Below are positions 12,824 to 24,606 of a DNA stretch of 64,000 bases, in pieces. The stretch spans positions 27,404,001 through 27,468,000 of the forward strand of contig NC_073391.1 of the NCBI RefSeq assembly GCF_028641065.1, written 5' to 3'. Below the pieces are notes generated by a model that did no database searches, was not told the origin of the DNA, and saw only the letters and a list, made by a program, of their open reading frames with translations. A program made the position numbers and the translations under genes. The first letter of the stretch is position 1, and each line of letters starts with the position of its first letter. The DNA comes from Leucoraja erinacea. Taxonomy: Eukaryota.

Positions 12824-15419
12824 ACATGATTGATATACCACCTAGAGGATAAGGACAACATTCATACCTAAAGCTCAACTCAGCTATCAATGGCATTTTA
12901 GATTTAATAATGATTCAAGCGACGAGAATGATTCTGCTTGAAATTCAGATGCTAAAATGATTCATTTATTGTGTTAGTTGTATGCATAGTATTAACTGCT
13001 AGCAGCGAATTATGCCAAAATCTCTATGTAGTTTCATAAAAACAGATAGCTCGAGAAGAGAGTTAATGTTTCATATTAATTCTAGAAGAATAAACACTTA
13101 ATAATGAACAGTTTTCAGAAAGGCATGGGAGGTGATGGGAGGGGGTCGGTTAGAAAAATAAAGCTTTACAATTGAGTGGAAAACAAGAATGATTAAATGT
13201 CATAATGGAGGTAAATGGAGGTAAATAATAATGGATGATTAATAGGGAAAGTAATGAAACATTATATTGATCCATTAAAGCTGTAAATGCAAACACAAGA
13301 AATACCAATTTCTGCTGTTGCAAAAGTGCAGACAATCCATTTGGTACTTTAAAACTCCATTTGACAACTAGATTCTTTCTTTATCGTGAATCATATTTAT
13401 TTTATTAGAGAAAGAAATCTCATGCGAGAGCAAATTGTATGATTGAATGTAAATGGGCCTTATTAAAAGTTCATAAAATAGCTACATTTACAGACTGAAA
13501 AGAGGTCAGGAGCTCCCCCTGCTGGCAATGATACTTTGCAGCGTTGTGCTCTGTGTACTGGTAAAGTTAAGTTTCATTTCAATGCCTAAATTATGCAAGC
13601 CAGACTTTCTGCCAGAATTTTTTAAATGTGCCAAAAATGGGTAAAATGGACAAAACTAAGCAGCATTTAGCAGATTATCTAAATTTTATTTTAGAAGCAA
13701 CCGGTAGAGTTGCTGCCTTAACGCTTGGTACCCGGGTTCGACCCTGACCACGGGTGTTTGGGTATGCGGAGTTTGCACGTTCTCCCTGTGATCGCATGGG
13801 TTTCCTCCCACATCCCAAAGGCATGCAGGTTTGTAGGTTGACACAAAGTGCTGGAGTAACTCAGTGTGATGTAGACGGTACTTAGGAAATGCAAAAATCA
13901 ACGATATCAAGGAAATATGGGGCACACAATAGGCCATTGTTGGGTGTGGGATAGGTGTTGTTTCAGGTCGGTTCCCTTCTTCAGACAATTTCAATGCAGC
14001 ATCGGTTGAAACATTGTAGGAAACATGAAAAAACCAAGAGCTCGATGAGGTCAGTGTGGCGGTGGACAGTCAGTGTTGAAATCGAGAAGCCAGCTTAACT
14101 ATACTGCTGAGTTCCCTCAGGTTGCAAGATCTTGGAAGTAATCTGTCTATAAATAGATAAATCTCTTATTCTATAGAGCGAAGGGGGAGAATTACATGGT
14201 GGTTATTATAACTGCTGGAGTTAAACAGTGATGCATTCAGCAAAGCTAAGCCCAATTTGCAAGAGCTGCAGTGTGGAGTAATATTATAGAACTGCACAGC
14301 ACAGAAATAGGCCCTTTGAACCACCTTGTCCATGCCAACCAAATTGGCACATTCATATTTGCTTGCCTTTAGCTCACAGTCTCCAAACCTTTCTTAATAT
14401 CTCCAAATGTGTTTTAAAAGTCATAACTGTATTGAGGTTCTACAGCTTCCTCTGTCAGCTCATTCCAATTACGGACTGTCCTCTGAGGTCCCTTTTAAAT
14501 ATCTCCCCTCTTACCTGAAGCATGCGCTCTCTAGTTTTAGAATCCTCTGCACGCAGAAAAGTCCTGTGAGCCTTCACTTTATCTATGCCCCACATTATAT
14601 TGTATACCTCAGGTAAGGCCACCCTTCAGCCTCCGAAGAAGAAAAAGCCCAGCCTATCCAACATCTCCCTTTAACAAGCCTGCAAGTGAATGTTTTATCA
14701 ATGTTTTATTGTCATATGTCCAGAAATGGAACAATGTAAAGATTTCTGCTTGCAGCAGCACAACAGATATGTAAACAAAGTACTCTGTAAACACTATAAA
14801 CAAAAAAAACTTTTCTCTTATATGATATATATCCAGATGCACACACATGCACATGTGTATATACACACCCACACACACAAACACACACGTACACATAACT
14901 TATAATGACGTCCTTCCTCCAGCTGGACAACCAGAACTGCAGAATTGATCTAATTGCTTCTCCAGTTATCAAAGATATCAAAGGGTTAATGCCACACAAT
15001 TCTGGTTGTAACAAGAATTTCTGTTGAAGGAGCAGCCAAGTTGGCAACAAGATTGATAAAATAAACAGTGATTATGGGAACCTATGTGGTTGAACAGGTC
15101 CTTCTATTCATGGGCTGGACTGGCTCTGGCTTGTAATTTTAAAATAACTGCCTTTAAAAACACACTCACATAGTTTCACAAGATTCCAAAGCACGATGCT
15201 CCTGTGGGATCATGCCAGACGTGCCTGAAGGCTCAATTTCAGCATAGACAGGGAGAGGCTATGGGAGAGAGTGTGGGAAGCAGAGAGTGTGGTGAAATGG
15301 TGAAGAGGGGAGTGATTCTAGGAGGGAGGATGGGAGTGGTGGAAGGAGTGGGAGAGTGCATTCAATTTTAAAGTGCAGATTCTTGGCGTATAAATTGTCC
15401 AACAATTTGGGATGAGCAT

Positions 15420-15770
15420 AGAGTGATACAGTGTGGAAACAGGTTTTTCGGCCCAACTTGCCCACACCGGCCAACATATCCCAGCTACATTAGCCCCACC
15501 TGCCTGTGCTTGGTCCATATCCATCAAATCTGTCCTATCCATGTACCTGTCTAACTGGTTCTTCAACGTTGGGATAGTCCCTGCCTCAACTACCTCATCT
15601 GGCAGTTTGTTCCATACACCCACCACCCTTTGTGTGAAAGAGTTACCCCTCGATTCCTATTTAATATTTTCCCCTTCACCTTGAACCTATGCCCTCTGGT
15701 CCTCGATTCCCCTACTCTGGGCAAGAGACTCTGTGCAACTACCTGATCTATTCCTCTCATGATTTTGTAC
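15420..15770 (-). mobile_element. CR1 LINE 3' fragment
   Basis: ORFs 15318..15626 and 15590..15841 (ESRTRGH, WNKLP). Related fragments at ~1200-1990(-), 19460-19740(-), 42540-43330(+), 50578-50900(+), 56915-57120(-), 11200-11405(+). Confidence 0.85.
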
Positions 15771-16454
15771 ACAAAAGCAGAAAAGATATCCTGTGGGTTG
15801 CAAAAGACCATCACCATTAGGAACACAAGGGATAGACACAAAGTGATGGAGTAACTCAGCGGGTCAGGCAGGATCTCTGGAGCACCTGAGGTAAACCCAC
15901 ATAATCACTGGGAGAACTTACAGGTCGTACACAAACATCAACCATGGTCAGGATCAAACCCAAGTCACTGGAGCTGTGAGGCTACACAACTGTTGTCACT
16001 GAGTTACGCAAATTTCCTTTATTTATTCATTCATCTAAACTGTTTTTTCCCCTCTTTTATTTATTTCAGTTTATAACCTTACTCTAATGTCACTGTAGTG
16101 TCTTTCTGTTAAAGCTCTTTCTTTCACAGTATTTAAATCTCATCTGTGGATGACCAAGATCCCAAAAAACATTAATTGCCGTTAAATTCCAGACTCTTCT
16201 TTATTCCAAAGGAAACAAGCGACAGCCAAGATAATATTTCCTTGCAACAATTATTCTTAAACCCTCTGCATCCTCTCCAATGCTATCACATTAAAAAAAA
16301 TAGGATAATGACTAGAATCATTCACGTCGCTCAGTTATGATCTATAACAATAAAAGTGGGAACAGCACATCTGTGTTCTTAACTACCTTGTCTGTCTACA
16401 ATGCACTGCAATCAGCACTTAGTTTAAGTGGGATAATTAATACAGGCCATAAAC

Positions 16455-17490
16455 TAGGTATGTTACAATACTTACCTTCAGCGGCGCTGCAATTCTGCCA
16501 CTGGCCATGTGCGCGATTTTGGCGCGTTTGAGGGGGGGAGGGGGGTTAAAACGCGTTTTTTTTTCCGACCTGGTTCTGAATTATATTTGTTGGAGTGCAA
16601 GATGTTGCTAAAGAATCGTTCCGACGGCAGTTCTGTGTGCCTATAAAAAAAAAATTTGCACGACAAGTTAATCGCTGGAGTGATTTTAAAATCAGCTTCT
16701 GAAGCCGTCAATGCCGATAACGGGGACGGATTTTATGTAGGGGACAGGTAAAAGAAAGTAGTTTATTTTTATGTATTAAAGTGTTTCTTAAGATGTATTT
16801 AATTCACATTTTAAGTTGTGAAACGGTGATTTAGTCCCCGAACGAACCGGCAGTGTATTTGCTGCCGATATGGGGACTAAATCAATGCAACCTCAACGTT
16901 CCAAATGGTCCCGTACCAGAAAATCCCACTCGCAAGCTGATTGAAATGGCCATTAATTTACAGGTATTAAACATTAAATTCCTTCCATTTGGCCTATAAA
17001 CCCATGACAATGAAATTTAAAAATTATGTTATATTCTGAATGTTATTTGGACACTTAGGCTATTTAAAAATGTTAATCTATTCTTAAGAAATGGATAGAT
17101 GTTTAGATCTAGTAATTGAATTTTGTAATTAGCTACACTTAGGTAACTAACTAACTATATGCTTTAATTTCAAGTCATCTAAGTAAGATTGTTTCATATT
17201 TGTTTCAGAATGCTTCAATCTATAATAACTGAAAATTTATTTCAGTTCTCTTAAATTTTAAGAAAGTTATGGGCTTTTAAATGTTCTCGATCACAGCTTT
17301 TGTGTTAAGGCAATGAAAAAGCAATAGGGAACAAGATGCCAATTTCCGAGTATGAAAATGGCCATAACTTTTTTAATACTGAAGATATGAAAGTGAATTA
17401 GATGTCAAATTAAACTTCTTTTTATGCGTTATCTGATGGGATAAATTAAAGACTTGATTTTTAAAATCTCAAAATTTTGTAACATTGCTA
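16455..17490. mobile_element. ~1.04-kb non-autonomous TIR element, TAG termini, 7-bp TSD (hATw-like)
   Basis: Ends TAGGTATGTTACAA...TTGTAACATTGCTA; TSD CATAAAC (16448-16454 / 17491-17497). Confidence 0.85.
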
Positions 17491-17689
17491 CATAAACACT
17501 GAGGCAATACAGAACAACAGAACATACACGGATCACACATACTATAAAACTACAAAGAAAGAAGGGGCAGACAGACTGTTGGCGAGGCAGCCACCCGGTG
17601 GGTTATTTATTTATTTAAGTATAATTTATCAACTGAATTAAAGGTGCCTAATATGGTTCAAGAATTCCTTTAGTTGAGACTCCAGGACC

Positions 17690-18070
17690 ACCCTGGATGG
17701 GTCACGGTGGGTCCCCGGACATAAAGTGAAACAAGGAGCAGGCTCCGGATGACGTAATGCCTCGCCGTCACGTACAAAGATCGCTAATAGCTGTAAGATC
17801 TTTGGACACGTATTTTGTGACGCTGCCCGCGGCGTTACGTATGGCGGAACGCGATGAGGTCACGGTTGACGCAGCGGGAGCGCTCTGGTGCTCCGCGCGT
17901 CATCAGTGGTGACATCACCAGGGGCCGCGCGGCCACTGCCGGCCTCGTCCGTCTGTCCGCACGCGCGCACTCGGGGCCAAAGATCATAGTTGGAGACGGC
18001 AGCCTCGGGTAAAACGTGCTGGCTGCAACACTCTCGTCATGGCGGCAGACTTTCTCCATGGCAACCGTTG
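17690..18070 (+). promoter_or_regulatory. BBIP1: CpG island, probable BBIP1 promoter and non-coding exon 1, with RFX X-box
   Basis: CpG-dense; TGACGTAA at 17750; ATGGCGG YY1-like motifs; candidate donor CGG|GTAAAA at 18008/18009; X-box TTCTCCATGGCAAC at 18052-18065; ~700 bp upstream of the BBIP1 ATG exon. Confidence 0.7.
17775..17804. mobile_element. 30-bp remnant/excision footprint of the CAAAGATC family
   Basis: CAAAGATCGCTAATAGCTGTAAGATCTTTG flanked by GTCACGTA / GACACGTA. Confidence 0.7.
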
Positions 18071-18074
18071 CTGC

Positions 18075-18690
18075 CTCTCCCATATTATGTCTTCAGCTGC
18101 CTTTCGGATTCCATAGGTTCCCCTGCAACCTCTCCATACTCTATCCTCTTGCAGCCTATCCCCCTCTCCATGATGTGTCCTCCTGCAGCCTCCCCCCCCC
18201 CCCCCTCCCCTTCATACTGTGTCCTGCAGTCTCTAACGCCCTATATTATGTCCTCCTGCAGTCTTCCTTCCCCACATTATCCTCCCGTCGCCACTCCCTC
18301 CCCTCATTATATCAACCTACTGCCTCTTCCCCCTCATCAGGTCTTCCTACAGCTTCTCCTTTCCTTTCTCATGATATTTCTAATTATATTCTCTCTTTAT
18401 ATCCTGTAAAGTTCTTCCCCATTATGATCTCCCACAAACTCTCCCCACTCTCCTCTTCAGCCTGTCCTCACACAGCATCTCCCCATTCCCCTCACATTAT
18501 ATCCTCCCATAACCTCTCCCCACATTATCTTCTGTTTTGTCCTCACAGACTGTCCATTCTCCTCTCCACATTATCTTTCTCCATTCCCCATTATCTCAGT
18601 TCCCTGTTTTGTTCGCCCACAGCCTTTCCCCTCCCCACATTGTCTCCCCATTCTCCGTTCCACATTGTTCTACCACTTCTCCCTTCCCTA
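18075..18690 (+). repeat. C/T-rich degenerate tandem repeat (CCCCACATTATC-like units) upstream of BBIP1 coding exon 1
   Basis: Recurring cccacattat/cctcattat/ccccattat motifs and strong pyrimidine strand bias. Confidence 0.7.
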
Positions 18691-18794
18691 TGGCAATTTA
18701 AGCTGTTACAGTAAATAAGACATAAATATTTGTGTTATGTTTTTGTATTTTCAGGAAATTAAACATTGTAGATAAATTGTGAACGGGGTTAACA

Positions 18795-18840
18795 ATGCCT
18801 GAAGTAAAGTCCATATTTCGAGAAGTCCTTCCTAAACAAG
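18795..18840 (+). CDS. BBIP1: BBIP1 coding exon 1 (MPEVKSIFREVLPKQG); exon starts at 18755
   Basis: ttttcag acceptor ending 18754, acaATG, AAG|GTACAT donor; matches BBIP10 motif EVKSxFREVLPKQG; in-frame upstream TGA excludes an N-terminal extension. Confidence 0.93.
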
Positions 18841-21477
18841 GTACATCTTTGTTTAACTTTACTATGTACTTGTTTTGGATTGATACTTTGTTAGCTGAAA
18901 ATCCACAGTACTGACAACTTCCATCTTAAGATCAAAATCTAGAGGGAACTTAGTAAATCATGCACATTTTTGTTATGCAGAATGTTGTGCAAAAATGTTA
19001 GTAAACCAGCTTCTTCTTCTTATCGTGTCCACACACAAGATTAGTTGTTTAGCCAGAGCTGAATACATTTCTCAGCATCTGCATACAATGGTGTCTGCCT
19101 TGCGCTTCTTGTGCGTGGTGGTGGAAAGATTGGTAAAATCAGAGCCGCGACGTGAACTCTCTTTCCTTGACCTCAGTAAACCAGCTGATAGAGATCAAAA
19201 ACGTTTTAACAGATAGGGTAGTTACTGAAGGCCAAATCTGAAAAACCCTAAACCAGTTGGAACTAACTTACGTTGTTTGAATAAATTTTTTAAAACTGGC
19301 TGAGAATTGCTGTTTTGGATGGTGCGCAGATCCAAAAAAAAGTAAATGGTCTACTTGTATTGACATTTTAGAGGAGAATAACTTGCTACTTCATCCCTAC
19401 TTTTTTTCCTCCCCCATTTGGGGATGTATTGGGATGCACGTGCCATGAGTGGTTCTTCTAGTCAGAGTGATACAGTGTGGAAACAGACCATTCGGCCCAA
19501 CTTGCACACACCCGCCAATGTGTCCCAGCTACACTAGTCCCACATGCCCAAGTTTGGTCCATATCCCTCCAAACCTGTCCTACTCATGACCCTGTCTGTT
19601 TGTTAAATTTTGGGATAGTCCCAGCCTCAACTACCTCCTCTGGCAGCTTGTTCCATACACCCACTACCCATTTGTGTGAAAAAGCTACCCCTCAGATTCC
19701 TATTAAATCTTTTCCCTCATGTCCTCGATTCACCTACTCTGGGCTTAGAAATCAGGTTTCTGTAGATTGTGTAAAGTGAGTTTCAGCAATGTGCATTCTG
19801 TTCTCGTCTAATTACGTTTTCCAGAACGTTAAATTACTGATCATTTGGAGGATATAGTTGACTCGGGCAGGGAACGGCAAGAGTTGTTCGGACATGGAAA
19901 TTCTAGGGCATATGTATGGGGAAGAAATAGGACCTGTCAGTAGGAAGCACAGATAATATAAATTATGGCTTTTAATATCAGGTCCTGCCAATTATAAATT
20001 TACTCTTAAGCAAACCTGATTATATTATCTTAATGTGTAACTGGGCTATCTTTTGGGTTACTATTATTCTCACTACACCAGAGCAGTCTCCACCTGACTA
20101 ATCTTCTGAATAGTGTTGCAGTTCATATTTCACTGTAGGTTAAAGATCAGTTTTCAAATATAGTTTGTTTATAAACAACCACCAAGGAATTATAGTCATA
20201 AGGAAAATTCTTCAAAATGGGCTGAATTGGAGTCAATTTCTAAAAAAAACTCTTGATAAAGTTTAATAAATATATCATAGCAAACAGAATGATTATTACT
20301 CTAAGGTTATTCTCAGTCAAAGCTTTAGTGCTGCAAATCAAAATGTAGAAATATGATTGCATGTATTTTTAATTTATTTTGTAGAAATGTATTCTATAGC
20401 TTCTGTAATTTATATTGGCGTTCAAAGTGATCATTTACATTGTGATTGATTTGAGATTATAATTGTAGGCTATTGATTTTTTTTGCAGGCAGGCAAATCA
20501 AACATTTGTTGACTATGTCAAATTATTTGGACAAAATTAGCTTGGATGAGGGATGAAACATGTAAAAACTAGCACAAGTAGCAAGTAACAGAACATTTTA
20601 GACATTCATCATTTAGATTTTCCAATGACCCAGTGGCATGTTATTATTTATTTTAATATTTTAGAAAATATTAACAATGCCTGCTCTGGGCTGCTCAGTT
20701 TGTACTGAGTATTCATTTCCAGCCAGAACAGTGCTGGGGTAATGAATGCACTGCTATGGTACAAGAATGATTTAGTACGATGGGTGCAAGGACAAACAAC
20801 CCAATTTATGGTAATACAACGCATAAACTGGGGTGGTTGAGGACTGGTAATACAACCACAGGTTGTCCTTAAAGATCTCCACTGTCAAGAGTGAGACCAC
20901 AGATAAACTGGAGGAACAGCACTCATTCCACTTGGGTAGCTTACAACCCAAATGGTATGAACATTGATTTCTCCAGTTTTAGGTAACCAACAATGACCCA
21001 TTCACTTTCTACTATATACCTTTCTTTTGACTTCACATTTTGTACCCGTTCTGTTTATCTCACAGACTTTTATAATCTTCCCATCTCCGGCCTTTGTCCA
21101 TCTATCTATCTGCCGAACAAACCCTCTTACTTATTCACCCATCACTTCCAAGAATCTCCCGATCCAAACCATTATATATCTATGTCCTCCAGAGATGCTC
21201 ACAAAATGCTTGAGTAACTCAATGGGATAGAGAGCATACCTTTTTGAAAACCAGCATCTACAATTTATCTACGTAAACTGGGGATGTTCTCAGAGAAGGT
21301 GTTTCCACTGTTGTACAACCAGGGAACCGATTTTTAATGTGATTGCAAGACAATTAAGAACATTCTGAAAAGCAAATGACAATAAGATGTCAGTTGCAGA
21401 TTCAGTTGTCTTAAGAATAATGCAAAATGACAGCAGCAATACAGCATTTTTTATGTTCCTTAATGTATTTATGTTAG

Positions 21478-21632
21478 GTCAACTCTCCTTTGAGGATACC
21501 CCAACTATGGTACTCTGCAAACCAAAACTGCTGCCACTTAAATCAGTAACATTGGAGAAGATGGAGAAAATGCAAAGGGAAGCAGAGGCTACCATACGGC
21601 AACAGGAGCTGGCACAAAGACAACAGCAGTAG
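21478..21632 (+). CDS. BBIP1: BBIP1 last coding exon ([50 protein letters not shown]); 66 aa total
   Basis: ttag acceptor, hallmark [16 protein letters not shown]; 46+155=201 nt. Confidence 0.96.
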
Positions 21633-21686
21633 GATGACTTCACAGCGCTGAATTATATCTGTAAAACCACCCACAAAGGCATTCCT

Positions 21687-21725
21687 AATAAACCTGTAAT
21701 AAAATTAAATGTTTCTTTAAATAAA
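21687..21725 (+). terminator. BBIP1 polyadenylation signal cluster
   Basis: AATAAA at 21687, 21698 and 21720, 55-90 nt after the stop. Confidence 0.65.
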
Positions 21726-22471
21726 GGATAATTCCTCATTTTATATTGGGCTCAATTGTACTTTTTTTTAAATGTCAGGGGCCTGTTATTCATGTTTTAA
21801 AAACAAATCCGTCTTTTTACTTGGGTGATGTACAGCATAGAAGATTATTGAGCCCTGTACTTAGACTGTGTATCATAATAGCACATGCCAGTCAACAGTA
21901 CATGTGGAAAAACATACCTGAACAGCAAAACTCAAGACCAGAAGCAATAAGATATTTGCCCTGCGTGTAGTTCAGTAATGTGGGATTAATATTGGCATAA
22001 AGGGTCATGAACTCAGAGGAATTTGGGTCAGGTCTCAAATGCGACTAGCATAGAGGGCATCTTGGTCAGCATGGCTGAGTGATTAGTTCTATTTAACTCT
22101 ATATTATTAGTTCTATATTATTATTAATATATTAGAATTGAAGCAAGTATTAGAAAAACATGACCAAGTAAAAGAGTATGCTTATTGTAGTATTCCGATC
22201 TAATTAAATAAGTTACTTTCATTCGAAGAATATCAGTATTTAACTCCTAGTTGTTCAAATGGTGTAGCCAGCATTCTCATTTGTGTCCGTAAGTTAAGGG
22301 TTCAACCGTCAGTTCAAGATAGCAGCTCTAATTCGATATTTAGAGGACATACTGCATTGACAAAAATAAGAAGCTACACTCCCAGTTGTGATGGTTCAAA
22401 GTGACATTGTGTTGCCAATAGTTAACGTCCTGGCATTCTCCATCACAGCAGATTAACTTATTTATATAGAT

Positions 22472-22992
22472 CAGGGGTCGGCAACCTTGTTCTGCATAGA
22501 GGCCAGGACGCACGTCTGTGAGCGGATGGCAGGCCACATCTATCACGTATACACATGAATCCCACCCCGGGTGGCAGACATCAAATCACGTGTTCCCATA
22601 GATCCCGCCCCTTCGGGGATGCCACCTGGAGCACTGGCCCCTAGTTACGGGCGCTCACGAACATGGTGCACCTACGGACCATTGCCTTGGCTCTGTCCTG
22701 GAGACGGTGGCTCAAATACTCATACTCACTCGTCCATGGCCTTCTGACAACCCCGATACCGACAGTGAAGCCCAGACACAGAAAGTGCGCGGCCATGCCG
22801 GTGGCTTTAAGCAGGATGCGGTACAACCAGAACTCAGCGCTCGTCGGCTCCGCCATTGCAGGCCTCCTTGCGTCACCTGTCCCGGGAGGTACTGAAGATG
22901 AAGGAAGTCTGCGGGCTGGACCATCACGGGAAAAAAAAAACGCCTGCGGGGCGGATGATTTCGGCATTCGGCCCGGAGGCCATAGTTTGCTG
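22472..22992. mobile_element. Non-autonomous hAT (Charlie/Buster-type) element carrying a captured gene fragment
   Basis: Left TIR CAGGGGTCGGCAACC; right end ...GTTTGCTG (internally shortened TIR); perfect 8-bp TSD ATATAGAT (22464-22471 / 22993-23000) with central TA. Confidence 0.9.
22730..22856 (-). pseudogene. CYB561D2: Captured first coding exon of a CYB561D2-like (cytochrome b561 D) gene
   Basis: MAEPTSAEFWLYRILLKATGMAAHFLCLGFTVGIGVVRRPWT+A then GTGAGT donor; ungapped match to recalled human [42 protein letters not shown] (18/42 identical); no downstream exons in the window. Confidence 0.8.
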
Positions 22993-23834
22993 ATATAGAT
23001 GATACTATTGGGATCGTTCTATGTGCATTTGTCTCTGCTCACCTTAAAGAACCTTGTTGAATGCAAGGATGTAATTAGAGTTCTTTAAATACTTGTTTCT
23101 TATTAGAAATAGCTCAGAACGGTGGTGCCTTCAATTTCCAACTTTACTCCATACTTTGTAAGAAACCACATTAGAGTTTAGTTTAGAGATATAGCGCAGA
23201 AACAGGCCCTTCGGCCCAGAGCCGCGCCGATCAGCAATCCCTGCACATTAAAACTATCCTACACACTAGGGACAATTTTACATTTCTACCAAACCAATTA
23301 ATCTACAATCCTGTACATCTTTGGGGGTGTGGGAGGAAACCCACGCAGGTCAAGGGGAGAACGTACAAACTTCATACAGAGAGCACCCTTAGTCAGGATC
23401 GAACCTGGGTCCCTGGCAGCAACTCTGACCGCTGCGCCACCCCTGCACTCCATTATAACACTAGTGGAAAAATATTGGCCATGGGGAAGATATAAAATGT
23501 ATTAAATGTTTGATTTTTATATTATGCAAGGAAGAAAAACACATCCACTGCCATATTCCATCTTCAGAATCAATTTTTAATGCAAGTCAAAAGGACATTT
23601 TATACATTCTGCTGGAACTTGTACAGAAAGGTAGAGTCCAGCTTTTAAACTGCTTGAAGCATATATTTTTAGCATTAGCAGCCAAGAAGAGATCTGTTAC
23701 ACACAGCATGTGTAACCCATTCATACAGATTTCAGTACTTAAACCAGTCCTTTTGAAGACCTTGGCATTCAGAAAGGCGTGGCAGTGATGTTTGCACAAC
23801 ACTATGGAATGATCAGATTACTTCAACCCTTAAG

Positions 23835-23842
23835 TAGCTTAT
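23835..23842 (-). promoter_or_regulatory. miR-21-5p 8mer site (ATAAGCTA) in PDCD4 3' UTR
   Basis: + strand TAGCTTAT = ATAAGCTA on the mRNA strand, ~270 nt after the stop; PDCD4 is the classic miR-21 target. Confidence 0.85.
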
Positions 23843-24111
23843 TTTCAATTACCACAAGCATGCGGCACTGTTGTAAATTCGATTCCAACACCACCCCCAT
23901 CCCTGGAAAAAGAAAATCTATACCCTACATGTTAAGTGCTTTTTGGTTCTGTTTTCGCAGTGAATGCACTCAAATATTTAATGAGGTTTAACCCATCCCC
24001 AAAGTTCACAAGTAATATGAACTGTGTGGACTGAAAAGCTATAATCAAAATATGACTGCACAAATTTTTTTTTAAATGAAGGAACACGTGCCATTCATCT
24101 GACAACTTTTT

Positions 24112-24160
24112 TCACTTGAAGCGTCCGCCATCTCCTTCACTTACGAAGCGTTTGCGTCCC
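24112..24160 (-). CDS. PDCD4: PDCD4 last coding exon (GRKRFVSEGDGGRFK*)
   Basis: tttaag acceptor; Akt-site motif RGRKRFVS; TGA at 24114-24112. The 11 exons sum to 1392 nt = 463 aa + stop with consistent phases. Confidence 0.97.
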
Positions 24161-24606
24161 CTTAAAGAAACATTAAATAAAAGTAAGTTCAGGTAACGTA
24201 AACAAAAATTCGTGTGACATTAGCACAGAAATAGCCTTGAATTAGACATGGGGCAGAGTGAAATACATTAAAATATGGGTTGAGATTAGGTTACCATTAA
24301 TAGCAAATAACACATTTTATATACATTTACAGTTTTATAACAAATGGAAGAGAAGAAACATCACAGCAAAATCGTATATGAGGCATTGTAATAATATTTA
24401 GGGAGTCAGAGGTTTTAGCTGCAGAAAAGGTTTCACGAGATGTAGGTTTACAGCATAGTCATCTTTTCAAAATCTGTTGCAGTTCTGGTTATACCGCACC
24501 AACCTGGTACACCCCACTAACTTGAAAGATATTTATGAAATAACATTTTGAATTGATATTCACACAGTGACCTGGGTAATGAGTGTTCCCCTACAATGTT
24601 ACTCAC

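Noticed and set aside
17978-17989. Second CAAAGATCATAG motif in the BBIP1 island
   Set aside because: No partner TIR or TSD found.
17990-18714. 139-aa and 232-aa ORFs
   Set aside because: Products of the C/T-rich low-complexity tract.
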